64,000 nt of DNA from NCBI GenBank assembly GCA_026413945.1, contig JAOAJX010000005.1:1-64000 (forward strand), given 5' to 3'. Positions 18,529 to 27,534 of this stretch are shown in pieces. The DNA comes from Candidatus Iainarchaeum sp. Lineage in GTDB: Archaea; Iainarchaeota; Iainarchaeia; Iainarchaeales; DTGL01. The position numbers and the translations under genes are program-made. Each line of letters opens with the position of its first letter. Positions within the stretch are counted from its first letter, which is position 1. The notes beneath the pieces were generated by a model. The model did not search any database. It was not told where the DNA came from and saw only the letters and a list, made by a program, of their open reading frames with translations.

Positions 18529-20024
18529 GACACCATCATCCTCGCATATATCTTTCTATCCTTAAGGTTCATCGCAATTGCCACACCTGGAGTAGGCATA
18601 TGGCCAAGCTTTATCTGATATTCTGTTCTGTCCTGCCAAGTGCTATTGTTAACTATAGTGGTGCCCCTGTATGTTAGGTAACCAGTATGGTGTAAATCGC
18701 CCATAAAAACTAAATCTGGGCTCTCCTTCATAAAAACATTCTCATTTATTTCAGGAGCATACGGATGGCTTAAGCCATAAGTTAGCATTACACACCTGCG
18801 CTTTAGCAACTCCACAACACCCTGCTGGGGGTGTTCATAGCTAAGACCACTTATGCTCGCGATTAAATCATGCAGACAAGATCCATGGTATAGAAAGACT
18901 TTTAGATCCTCTATCTCCACCCAACTAGGTGAGCCTAACAAGTGTATGTTCTCTGCGGCATAAAGCTTTGGCACAAACTTCTCAGGTATTGGTTGCTGCG
19001 GATCAGCCCACCGTACCGCATCATGCTGCCCCGGAATTATAAAAATCTCAATGTTGTCAGGAATTTGTAGCATGTAATCCGAAAACAAATTGTACTGCTC
19101 TTTTATACTTTTTATGTTCAACTCACTATGTTGCTTTGGATAGACCCCAATACCATCGATGTTGTCACCAGTCACAAACAAATATTTTATCTTTTTTACA
19201 AACTTTTTTTCTTCATCACTCCCAGCATCACCATTTATCCAGCTTATAAACTTCTGAAATGCGCCTTCAAGAAAAAGCTTGCTTCCCACATGCAAATCTG
19301 ATATGCTCGCAACACAGACATCTTTTTTCGTTAATTTTATTTCCCTTTGTGGTATATCTGGCCATATTACTTCCTTCGCGAGTATCATATCTTTTGCTAT
19401 TTTGATTCCTCTAACACATATAACATCATCAAGCATTATCCTATGTCTTTCAAGCTCAACGCCGTGCTCATTCTTTGAAAGCACTACTATGCATCTGCTT
19501 TCCAAATCCTCAAGCTCTATGGCAGTATTTCCTGTTTTAGTTTCCCATTTTCTATATACCATCCCTATTATTTCCAACTCTTCCTTTTCTTTCACATATC
19601 CAATGTTCTTTATAGGTTTTGCGCGAATGCTATTTCTCTGTTCTAAAATTGATTTTAATGAATTAAACTTAAACCTAAATAACTCAAGGAAATCATTTGT
19701 GCCACCATTTCCTTGGCCTTTATTTAAATTATTCTTTGCGTTTATTATCTTGAAGTTTTTTGGACTCTGTTCAACAATGTGCTTTTGGCTGGGGACTTCA
19801 GCCCCTCCTAGTTCCTCTGCAAGAAAAATTTTTGTTTTTGTTACTTTTTTTTCAATATCTTTCTTTGCTACAATAAAACAGCCTTCTGAAGCAAGCTCTT
19901 CAACAATATCTTTCCAATCAACTCTTACAAGCAGAACTTCTAGAGCATCTTTGCTGAGGAAAACCTTTTTATGTCTTGCAAAATCAATAATTTCGTCAAT
20001 TTTGTTATTGATTTCTTCCGCCAT
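18525..20024 (-). CDS. polB: DNA polymerase D small subunit DP1 (calcineurin-like exonuclease)
   Basis: OB-fold region, SDLHVGS, GDNIDGIGVYP, PGQHD and YHG; overlaps the DP2 start. Confidence 0.92.
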   Translation of the reverse strand: MAEEINNKIDEIIDFARHKKVFLSKDALEVLLVRVDWKDIVEELASEGCFIVAKKDIEKKVTKTKIFLAEELGGAEVPSQKHIVEQSPKNFKIINAKNNLNKGQGNGGTNDFLELFRFKFNSLKSILEQRNSIRAKPIKNIGYVKEKEELEIIGMVYRKWETKTGNTAIELEDLESRCIVVLSKNEHGVELERHRIMLDDVICVRGIKIAKDMILAKEVIWPDIPQREIKLTKKDVCVASISDLHVGSKLFLEGAFQKFISWINGDAGSDEEKKFVKKIKYLFVTGDNIDGIGVYPKQHSELNIKSIKEQYNLFSDYMLQIPDNIEIFIIPGQHDAVRWADPQQPIPEKFVPKLYAAENIHLLGSPSWVEIEDLKVFLYHGSCLHDLIASISGLSYEHPQQGVVELLKRRCVMLTYGLSHPYAPEINENVFMKESPDLVFMGDLHHTGYLTYRGTTIVNNSTWQDRTEYQIKLGHMPTPGVAIAMNLKDRKIYARMMVS

Positions 20025-20028
20025 GGGA

Positions 20029-20307
20029 TCATTCTAGTTCTTTTATTTTCTCTTTAACACTTTCAAGCTTGCTTATAGCGTTCCATATGGCAGTTCTTGT
20101 ATGCAAAGGCATATTTATATCATTGCTTATATCATCTAGCAAGTAAATGGCCATTGAAAAATCCACAGTCTTTGGTTTTTTGCATTCAACTTTTTTAAGA
20201 GCATTTTCAACAGCAGCCCTTATATTCCTCGGCACACCTCGGTCATCAGTTATTTCCTTCATTGTTTTAATTGCATCATCTAACTCATTCTTAACATATT
20301 TTTTCAT
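20029..20307 (-). CDS. UPF0147 family protein
   Basis: D..VPRNIR...LDDISNDINMP.HTRT.IW signature; GAGGTG SD before MKKY. Confidence 0.85.
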   Translation of the reverse strand: MKKYVKNELDDAIKTMKEITDDRGVPRNIRAAVENALKKVECKKPKTVDFSMAIYLLDDISNDINMPLHTRTAIWNAISKLESVKEKIKELE

Positions 20308-20461
20308 AAAGACACCTCGAAAAAAGCAGTCCTTCCAAAAAATAATATGGAAAAGGTTTAAAGATATTATTTCTTTCCAAAATAAAAACATATTTTTTGC
20401 TTTTAGGCGTTTTTGCATAAGTTTATAACTATTTTTCTGCTAAATTACTAAAATCAGTAAT

Positions 20462-21553
20462 ATGTCCTTTGCTTTAGCCGTGGTGATTAATACGCTAAAA
20501 GTCAATTTTAGTAAAGTTTATGGCAAAAATTACAAGCTTTATATGATATTGCCAGCGATCCTTTTTTTCGTATTACCCATAATTGCTTTTATATACCCGG
20601 GCATTGAGCGAGGCGTAGATCTTAGCGGCGGAACACTGATTATAGTAAGATCCGAAAGGCAAATGGCTTATGAACGCTTGGAAAGCGCTCTTTCAAAGTA
20701 TGAGCTCGCAGAATTGAGCATAGTACCATTTTCTGGTGGGGTACAAATACACTTTGGGGCAAGTAAGAAAATAGAAGCAGCATCTAGATACATAAAGGAT
20801 GCGGAGAGCACACTTTCATCAAGCCCACAGCAAAGCTATGCATCATGTCAGAAAGCATTTTCAGAACTAAGTGCACTTTTTAAAGCAGAAGCACCAAAAG
20901 ATCCGAAAGAGTGCATTGAAGAAGCGCGAAAAACTGTTATTTTGAGCAGAGATTCTTTGAAGGATTCCATAAACAAAGACATTAAAGTAACACTAAATCT
21001 TAATGAGGTGGAGGTTGAAAAGATACAATATACTGAAATTTCACCAGCATTGGGTGCTCTATTTTGGGATTCAGCAATAAAAGCTATAATAATTGCTACA
21101 GTGCTGCTAATTGTTCTTATGTTCATTTTTTTCAGGGACTTTTTCCCGGTTATTGCAATACTACAAGCAGGCCTTTTTGATGTCTTATTTGCCCTTGCTG
21201 CTCTGGCTCTATTAAGGGTGCCTTTTTCTCTTGTAACACTTTCAGCACTCCTAATGCTTGTTGGCTACTCAATCGACACTGATATAATGCTAACTGCAAG
21301 GGTTTTGAAGGGCAGTGGAAAGCCAAAGGATAATGCTGCATCTGCTCTTAAAACCGGCCTTACTATGACAGGCATTACATTAATAACAGCAGCCATAATG
21401 CTTGTTTTCTCTTCAATTTACGCAATTGATATAATTTTTGGAATCTCCGTAGTGCTTTTCTTTGGTCTTCTCGGAGACCTTATTTCTACGTGGCTCATGA
21501 ATGCACCAGCAATCATTTGGTATGTTGAGAAAAAAGTGACCAAGCAAAGGTGA
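20462..21553 (+). CDS. secF: Protein translocase subunit SecF
   Basis: GVDLSGGT and GYSIDTDI motifs, six TMs. True start uncertain. Confidence 0.9.
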   Translation: MSFALAVVINTLKVNFSKVYGKNYKLYMILPAILFFVLPIIAFIYPGIERGVDLSGGTLIIVRSERQMAYERLESALSKYELAELSIVPFSGGVQIHFGASKKIEAASRYIKDAESTLSSSPQQSYASCQKAFSELSALFKAEAPKDPKECIEEARKTVILSRDSLKDSINKDIKVTLNLNEVEVEKIQYTEISPALGALFWDSAIKAIIIATVLLIVLMFIFFRDFFPVIAILQAGLFDVLFALAALALLRVPFSLVTLSALLMLVGYSIDTDIMLTARVLKGSGKPKDNAASALKTGLTMTGITLITAAIMLVFSSIYAIDIIFGISVVLFFGLLGDLISTWLMNAPAIIWYVEKKVTKQR

Positions 21554-21557
21554 TATT

Positions 21558-23192
21558 ATGGCAAATAACGCTTTGGAATTGCTCAAGAGTTATAGGATCT
21601 GGATCTTATTGCTCGGAATTTTAGCAGGCGCAATATGCTTAATGATTGCAGGTATAAACTTTGGCATTGACTTCGAAGGCGGAACAATGTTCCAAGTTCA
21701 GCTTAGCGAAAAGATTGATGCAACAAAAATGGAAGAGGTTTCAAATGTTATAGAAAAAAGACTGAATTGGAGTGGTCTTCAGGATGTTAGGGTGTATTCA
21801 ACATCAACAGAAGAAAACAATTTTCTCTTCATTGTTGTAAGAAATGTAAATCCTAAAGAGATTGAAAACCTTGGCTCACTGATAACTCAACAAGGAAGAT
21901 TTGAGGCAAAGCTTGGCAAAGATGTCCTCTTCACAGGAAAAGACCTATTAATGATAGATTCTGGTGTTAATACAAGCACTATAATGAAAGTATCTGAAAA
22001 TTCCTACAGATGGACGCTGCCTTTTGTGCTGGATGTTTCAGCAGCACGCCGATTTAGGGACCTAACATTTCACAAATGTGAGCCGATTATGCAAACGGGC
22101 GGTGAAATGGATTATGACTGTGAATATACCTATTTCTTTATTGATAGGCCTCACGATAGAGTAATTGTGCTCACATCACAAACTTATGAAAATGACAAAA
22201 TATATTTTTCTTCAGGCACTACTGAAGTGCCATCAGGAACAAAAATAGAAGATATAATCAATGTCATAGATACCAACGTTATCATTATAGACACGAATTC
22301 GCCGGAATCTATAAAAAAAGCAATTGATGATATAAATATTGCTCTAAAAGAGAAAAAAGGCATAATCGCTGATCCAACACTGGGCGATGCTTTAATAAGC
22401 AAACTTATTGACCTTAATACAAATGTGAAATTAGTGTATGGTTTAGAAAAAGAGCCATGGCTTTATAAGGCATCAGGTATGCGCTCTGTTGTGCGTTTAA
22501 CCCCCTCAGTAACGGGCAATAAGCCTTACATTGAGCGCAAGGAAGATATGCAGCCACTAACCGATTTGGTTATAACCGGCCATACAAATACCTACGCAGA
22601 GGCAAACAGAAGAAAAGAGGAGCTTAAAATAATACTTACTTCAGGATCTTTGCCAGTTTCCGTAGAAAGCATAAGCACATATTCAGTTTCACCCACTCAA
22701 GGAAAGGACTTTTTAACAAAGGTTGCTATTCTTGCAGCGATAGTCATCATTGTTGTATCATCATTAATTTTCCTTAGGTATAGAAAGCCGTTGCTTTCAA
22801 TTGCAATAATTTTTACTGCCCTCGTAGAAGCATTCCTTACGACAAGTTTTACTTCGTTTTTGGGTCAGAGCTTAGATATAGCAACCTTGGCAGGAATAAT
22901 TGCAGCAGTTGGCACAGGCGTAAATGACCAAATAATAATAACAGATGAACTGCTGCGCGGAAAGGAGGGTGAAGGAAAAGAAGAAGTCTCTTTGATAAGG
23001 CGTACAAAAAGGGCATTATTCATAGTTATTGCAGCAGCATCAACAACAGCAGCAACTATGCTGCCAGTTATATTTATGGGCAATATTCTCGTAAAAATAG
23101 TTGGCTTTGCATTTGCAATCCTCATTGGCGTCTTGGTTGGTGTTCTCATAACAAGACCAGCATACAGCGAAGTTGTCAAAAATCTCATATAA
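21558..23192 (+). CDS. secD: Protein translocase subunit SecD
   Basis: GIDFEGGT, L.SGSLPV, GTGVNDQIII and ITRPAY motifs. Confidence 0.9.
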   Translation: MANNALELLKSYRIWILLLGILAGAICLMIAGINFGIDFEGGTMFQVQLSEKIDATKMEEVSNVIEKRLNWSGLQDVRVYSTSTEENNFLFIVVRNVNPKEIENLGSLITQQGRFEAKLGKDVLFTGKDLLMIDSGVNTSTIMKVSENSYRWTLPFVLDVSAARRFRDLTFHKCEPIMQTGGEMDYDCEYTYFFIDRPHDRVIVLTSQTYENDKIYFSSGTTEVPSGTKIEDIINVIDTNVIIIDTNSPESIKKAIDDINIALKEKKGIIADPTLGDALISKLIDLNTNVKLVYGLEKEPWLYKASGMRSVVRLTPSVTGNKPYIERKEDMQPLTDLVITGHTNTYAEANRRKEELKIILTSGSLPVSVESISTYSVSPTQGKDFLTKVAILAAIVIIVVSSLIFLRYRKPLLSIAIIFTALVEAFLTTSFTSFLGQSLDIATLAGIIAAVGTGVNDQIIITDELLRGKEGEGKEEVSLIRRTKRALFIVIAAASTTAATMLPVIFMGNILVKIVGFAFAILIGVLVGVLITRPAYSEVVKNLI

Positions 23193-23211
23193 ATCATTAA
23201 AGCTGTCCAGA

Positions 23212-23832
23212 ATGCCAGACAAAAACTCTGAACAATTTTTGCGACTTGGTGCAGAAGCAAAGATTTTTGAGACTGATTGGCACGGGATTAGCGCAATAAA
23301 GAAGGTGCGAATTAGAAAAGAATATAGACATAAAAAACTTGATGATCATCTTGCACTAACTAGAGCGAGAAAAGAAATAGCTTTGCTCAATAAGGTGAAA
23401 ATGTTTGGAGTTATGGCACCTTTTGTTTTGGATTATATTCAAGATAAAAGAGAACTTTTTATTGAGAAAATTTCTGGTAAAAAAGCAAAGGATTGTTTGC
23501 AAAACAACAAAAAACTTTGCAATAATATAGCAAAATCAATTGCTCTGATGCACAACAATTGTATAATACATGGTGACCTTACAGCCGACAATATTCTTGT
23601 TAAGGAAGAAAAGCCTTTTTTCATAGATTTTGGCCTTGGTTTCTATTCCAGCAAAATAGAAGACAAAGCTACAGACCTTGTTAATTTCAAAAAAAGCCTT
23701 CTTTCGTTCAGACCAGAATTAACCAAAGAGTGGCAATTTATCGAAAAAGCATATGCAAGAAGCGCAAAAGACGGCTGCTTAATAATTAAAAAAATGCGAG
23801 ATATATCTTCAAGGGCTAGATATGTAACTTGA
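23212..23832 (+). CDS. bud32: KEOPS kinase Bud32 (standalone)
   Basis: GAEA, K.R..K.YRH..LD, HGDLT..N, IDFGL, EDKATDL and terminal RARY. Confidence 0.88.
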   Translation: MPDKNSEQFLRLGAEAKIFETDWHGISAIKKVRIRKEYRHKKLDDHLALTRARKEIALLNKVKMFGVMAPFVLDYIQDKRELFIEKISGKKAKDCLQNNKKLCNNIAKSIALMHNNCIIHGDLTADNILVKEEKPFFIDFGLGFYSSKIEDKATDLVNFKKSLLSFRPELTKEWQFIEKAYARSAKDGCLIIKKMRDISSRARYVT

Positions 23833-23891
23833 GGTTATCAGTTATCAAAAACTGATATATTTAAATTATTTTTCAAGAAGAAGTAATACTA

Positions 23892-23947
23892 TACTCGTTT
23901 TGGGTTGTTCTGACCCATTCCGATAGGGCGGGTCTGGAGTTGGTTCG
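23892..23947 (+). promoter_or_regulatory. Candidate structured rps15 5' leader
   Basis: GC-rich island downstream of a TATTTAAA box (23858-23865), with alternative hairpins sharing GACCC. Confidence 0.4.
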
Positions 23948-24361
23948 ATGGCAGAATCAAAAGAAAAAAAATATGGTTGGGTTGAATATAAGCCCGAAGA
24001 AATAGAAGATATAATATATAAGCTATATCATGAAGGCAAAAAGAAAAGTGATATTGGTGCAATTATGAGAGATCAGTATGGCATCCCAAATGTTAAAGAA
24101 ATTACTGGTAAAACTGTATCAGAAATACTAATTGAAAGAGGGGTAAAAGAAGAAGTTCCTGAGGATCTTATGAGTTTGATAAAAAAAAGCGTGAAACTTC
24201 TCGAGCATATGGAAAAACACAAAAAAGACTTTAAGGCAAAGCGTGGCTATGAAGTCACAACTTCAAAAATAAGGCGCTTAGTTGGCTATTATAAAGAAAA
24301 AGGTACCCTACCAGAAAATTGGGAATACACCCCTGAAAAAGCAAAGCTATTGGTGAAATGA
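23948..24361 (+). CDS. rps15: 30S ribosomal protein uS15
   Basis: IGAIMRDQYGIP, PEDL, KD..AKRG and SKIRRLVGYYK motifs. Confidence 0.95.
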   Translation: MAESKEKKYGWVEYKPEEIEDIIYKLYHEGKKKSDIGAIMRDQYGIPNVKEITGKTVSEILIERGVKEEVPEDLMSLIKKSVKLLEHMEKHKKDFKAKRGYEVTTSKIRRLVGYYKEKGTLPENWEYTPEKAKLLVK

Positions 24362-24501
24362 TGCTGAATTATAAATGCAAATTAGAGCTTGACGGTTCAA
24401 TAGAAATCATGTCCGGTACTGCAAGTTTAGACGAAATTTTAAAAATGATTGATTCAAAAATATCTAAAGCTAAAAAGGAGTGCGATTGTCGTGGCAAGTA
24501 A
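24361..24501 (+). CDS. 46-aa hypothetical ORF in the Pcc1 syntenic slot
   Basis: Hand translation MLNYKCKLELDGSIEIMSGTASLDEILKMIDSKISKAKKECDCRGK; GGTGA SD; overlaps both neighbours. Confidence 0.4.
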   Translation: MLNYKCKLELDGSIEIMSGTASLDEILKMIDSKISKAKKECDCRGK

Positions 24502-25081
24502 GAAACAGAGAAGCTCTTCAGACAAATGGAAGAAAAAAAAATGGTATAAAATTAAAGCACCTAAAGAATTTAAGGAAATCATCATTGGTGAGACCCCTGC
24601 TGAAAAAGAGCAACAACTAATTGGCAGAACCGTTGAGCTTCCTATTAGTGAAATAGCTGCACAAAAAAAGCAAGCACCTATGTTGATTAAACTTAGAATT
24701 GATGCTGTAAATGCGGGTAATGCCGAAACTAAACTTATAGGCTGCCGTTTTGACAGCGGTTATCTCAGGCGCATTGTAAGAAGAAGGAAGAGCAAAGTAG
24801 ATACAATACTTTATGTCGAAACTGCCGATAATAAAAAAATGAAACTAACAACAACAGCAATATGTGCCTCAAAAACAAACAAAAAAAAGGAAACAGAAAT
24901 AAGGAAGCTTGTTGCTAAAGAAATGGCTGAGGAAGCAAAAAAGGAAACATTCGAGAATTTTATGCTTAATGTTGTATCCGGAGCCCTCGCACAGAAAATT
25001 TTTAACAGCGTAAAAACAATAGCTCAATTACAAAGAGTTGAGGTTATAAAAGCCCATTTAATAGAAGGGAAAAATAAATGA
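24491..25081 (+). CDS. rps3ae: 30S ribosomal protein eS1 (S3Ae)
   Basis: DKWK.KKWY.I.AP, IGETPA, GRTVE and YLR..VRR..SKVD; GTG start. Confidence 0.93.
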   Translation: MASKKQRSSSDKWKKKKWYKIKAPKEFKEIIIGETPAEKEQQLIGRTVELPISEIAAQKKQAPMLIKLRIDAVNAGNAETKLIGCRFDSGYLRRIVRRRKSKVDTILYVETADNKKMKLTTTAICASKTNKKKETEIRKLVAKEMAEEAKKETFENFMLNVVSGALAQKIFNSVKTIAQLQRVEVIKAHLIEGKNK

Positions 25082-25791
25082 GCTCCGATTTTGATGCGTT
25101 AATTGTCCTTTTAACAATCATATTTTTTTCTTTTTTCTCATTTTACAAGAAGCTATTGAGTAGGGATGGCATATTTTTTGCTAATATATTCGGCATTGCT
25201 GTTTATTTTTTGGGTGGATTAAAAGCATTTACAACAATTTTATTATTCTTCTCTATTGCTGAAATTGCAACGATGTTTGGCAGAAGTAATTTTAAGCCAC
25301 ATGGAAAGAGAGATGTTGGAAACATAATAGGTAATGGTATGCCAGCCTTAGTTGCGTTATTGCTCGGTTCTACAATGGGTTTTTATGGTGGTATAAGCGC
25401 CGCTTTATCTGATACAATGTCTTCAGAGATTGGCTTGATATCAAAAAAAAAGCCAAGATTAATAACAAACCTTAATAAAGAAGTTCCACGCGGCACTGAT
25501 GGTGGCATAACATTGCTAGGCCTTTTTGCTGGTATCATTGGGGCTTTTCTAATAGGTTTTACTTTCTTTTTATTTAATTTGAACGAATACACTATTTGGA
25601 TTTCTTCTTTGGGCTTTTTTATAATATTTTTAAGCGGTTTCACTGGTTGTATTATCGACTCTCTTCTTGGAGCTGTTTTTGAGACTAAAGGTTTGCTGAA
25701 TAATACATGGGTTAATTTTTTGAGCTCTTCTAGTAGTGCATTTTTAGCCAATTTTTTATGGTATTCTCTTTTTTGGTTGTCAAACTTTTAG
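25078..25791 (+). CDS. DUF92/TMEM19 family integral membrane protein
   Basis: R...N..GNG, DT.SSEIG, PRLIT...VP.GTDGGIT.LG, DSLLGA and N..VNF motifs. Confidence 0.88.
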   Translation: MSSDFDALIVLLTIIFFSFFSFYKKLLSRDGIFFANIFGIAVYFLGGLKAFTTILLFFSIAEIATMFGRSNFKPHGKRDVGNIIGNGMPALVALLLGSTMGFYGGISAALSDTMSSEIGLISKKKPRLITNLNKEVPRGTDGGITLLGLFAGIIGAFLIGFTFFLFNLNEYTIWISSLGFFIIFLSGFTGCIIDSLLGAVFETKGLLNNTWVNFLSSSSSAFLANFLWYSLFWLSNF

Positions 25792-25830
25792 TAGAAGTTA
25801 ATATAAGATTTTTGTCTTAAATCTTAGCTT

Positions 25831-26331
25831 ATGCTTTATTTACTGATATCTATTGCAGCATACTTAGTTCCAATATATGTTGCAAATGCATGTGCTCTAA
25901 TCTTTGGTGGTGGCACGCCACTTGACCTTAACAAAAAACTTTATGGCAAACCAATATTTGGCAAAGGCAAAACCATAAGGGGCACTTTAGCAGGCATTGT
26001 ATTTGGATTAATCGTTGTTTTTCTTCTGGATTCTCTTATGCCAAAATGGTTTGTTGCAGACTATTTAATTTTTGGAGTTTTTCTTGTATTTGGAGCCGTT
26101 TTTGGCGATATAGCTGCATCTTTTCTCAAGAGGCGCATTGGTTTGGAGAGCGGCGCACCAGTTCTTTTTTTAGATCAGCTCGACTTTGTTTTTGGCAGCC
26201 TTATTTTGACTTTGCCTATTAGAATGCCTAATTTTGCAGAAGTAATCTTAATCTTCTCATGCACTTTCTTAACACATAAGGCGACAAATTATATAGCGTA
26301 TAAACTAAAGATTAAGAAGGTTGCGTGGTAA
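25831..26331 (+). CDS. carS: CDP-archaeol synthase (DUF46)
   Basis: PxY.AN, P.D, FG.GKT.RG, GD...SF.KRR.G...G, LDQLDF and terminal K.V.W. Confidence 0.9.
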   Translation: MLYLLISIAAYLVPIYVANACALIFGGGTPLDLNKKLYGKPIFGKGKTIRGTLAGIVFGLIVVFLLDSLMPKWFVADYLIFGVFLVFGAVFGDIAASFLKRRIGLESGAPVLFLDQLDFVFGSLILTLPIRMPNFAEVILIFSCTFLTHKATNYIAYKLKIKKVAW

Positions 26332-26332
26332 G

Positions 26333-26851
26333 ATGCGCAACAAGAAGAGGAAACTTAACTTTGGTGACGATGATAGAAAAAGAGAGCTATATTTCCTTTT
26401 AAAATTCTTTCTAATATATGGCGCCCTTCAAACAATAATATATTTTGCTGATGTTGCCTTTGTAACCAACTGGATAGCCTCCTTTGAGGCTTCACTATTC
26501 AGTCTTCAGAGCCAAGGAAATACAATAAGATCAGGAACAGTTGTTTTTGTAATAAATAACTCCTGCACCGGACTTGTTTCTATATCTGTGCTTGCAGCAA
26601 TTGTTTTTTCCTTCAGGAGGCCATCTTTAAAGGAAAAAATCATGGTTTTTTTGCCTTGTTCAGCCATACTTTTTTTAGTAAATCTAGCTAGAGTATACGC
26701 TGTAATTTATGCTGGCGTTCATATAAACCACAACTTAGTTGAACCTTTGCATATAAGTAGCTGGTTCTTAATGTCTGGTGCAATAGTTATTTTATGGTAT
26801 TTTGGCACAAAAAAGTTTGCAAAAATAAAATACTTTAAAGAACTTCTTTGA
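26333..26851 (+). CDS. Exosortase/archaeosortase family protein (compact)
   Basis: Multi-TM protein with the triad Cys (INNSCTG), Arg (VNLARV) and His (EPLH). Confidence 0.8.
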   Translation: MRNKKRKLNFGDDDRKRELYFLLKFFLIYGALQTIIYFADVAFVTNWIASFEASLFSLQSQGNTIRSGTVVFVINNSCTGLVSISVLAAIVFSFRRPSLKEKIMVFLPCSAILFLVNLARVYAVIYAGVHINHNLVEPLHISSWFLMSGAIVILWYFGTKKFAKIKYFKELL

Positions 26852-26901
26852 ATATACAAAAATGGGCAAAGTATTTTATTTCTTTAAAACCTCTTTTAAT
26901 T

Positions 26902-27519
26902 ATGCATAATAAAGAAAAAATTAGGACAGAGGTTCCATTGCTTAATCTAGAACTCTCCAAATTATTCGGTAACAAAAAGCTATTCATACTAATTGTGACA
27001 CAACTTTTCCTTTTAGCAGGTACTGCACTCATGGTTTACAAAATATTAGAACCATCCTTTGAACACATGTCTTTAAAGGTTTCAAATGACTCTCGTAGCT
27101 ATATTGCCTTAGCCCTTTTTGTGTGCTCTTTGTTTGTAATAAACAAAGCACTAAAAAAGAAAAAAAGCAGACTCTACATGTTGCAACTAGAGGCTGGCGA
27201 AACTCTTAAAAGAAACTTTAAGCAAAAAGTAAAAGCCCAAAAAGAAAATCCATTTGGCATAGCTCTGCTTTTGCTTGAGTTTATACTAGTTATTGTGCTC
27301 GCCGGTGCTATAGATGCCTATCTCATAATAAAAGATACGCATACAGAAATGCTTTCATATCAAGAAGAATTTTTTTTATTTGTGGCAAAGGTGCTTATAT
27401 TCTTAGCAATACTTTTTTTTGTGGTTTGGCTGCACAGATATGCTAGCAGTTTCGACTCAATAAAGTTTAGAGGCAGAAGCGCAATCAAAATACTCCGAGA
27501 TAGGAAAGCTTGTCCATAA
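26902..27519 (+). CDS. Hypothetical 4-TM membrane protein
   Basis: ORF 26848..27519 with four hydrophobic segments; ATG at 26902 preferred. Confidence 0.6.
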   Translation: MHNKEKIRTEVPLLNLELSKLFGNKKLFILIVTQLFLLAGTALMVYKILEPSFEHMSLKVSNDSRSYIALALFVCSLFVINKALKKKKSRLYMLQLEAGETLKRNFKQKVKAQKENPFGIALLLLEFILVIVLAGAIDAYLIIKDTHTEMLSYQEEFFLFVAKVLIFLAILFFVVWLHRYASSFDSIKFRGRSAIKILRDRKACP

Positions 27520-27534
27520 AATGTTGGCATTAGG

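Noticed and set aside
19279-20037. Long antisense ORFs (this one and 32475..33017, 35620..36234, 47319..47867 and others)
   Set aside because: Shadow frames of well-supported genes, with Ser/Phe/Ile-rich composition and no motifs.
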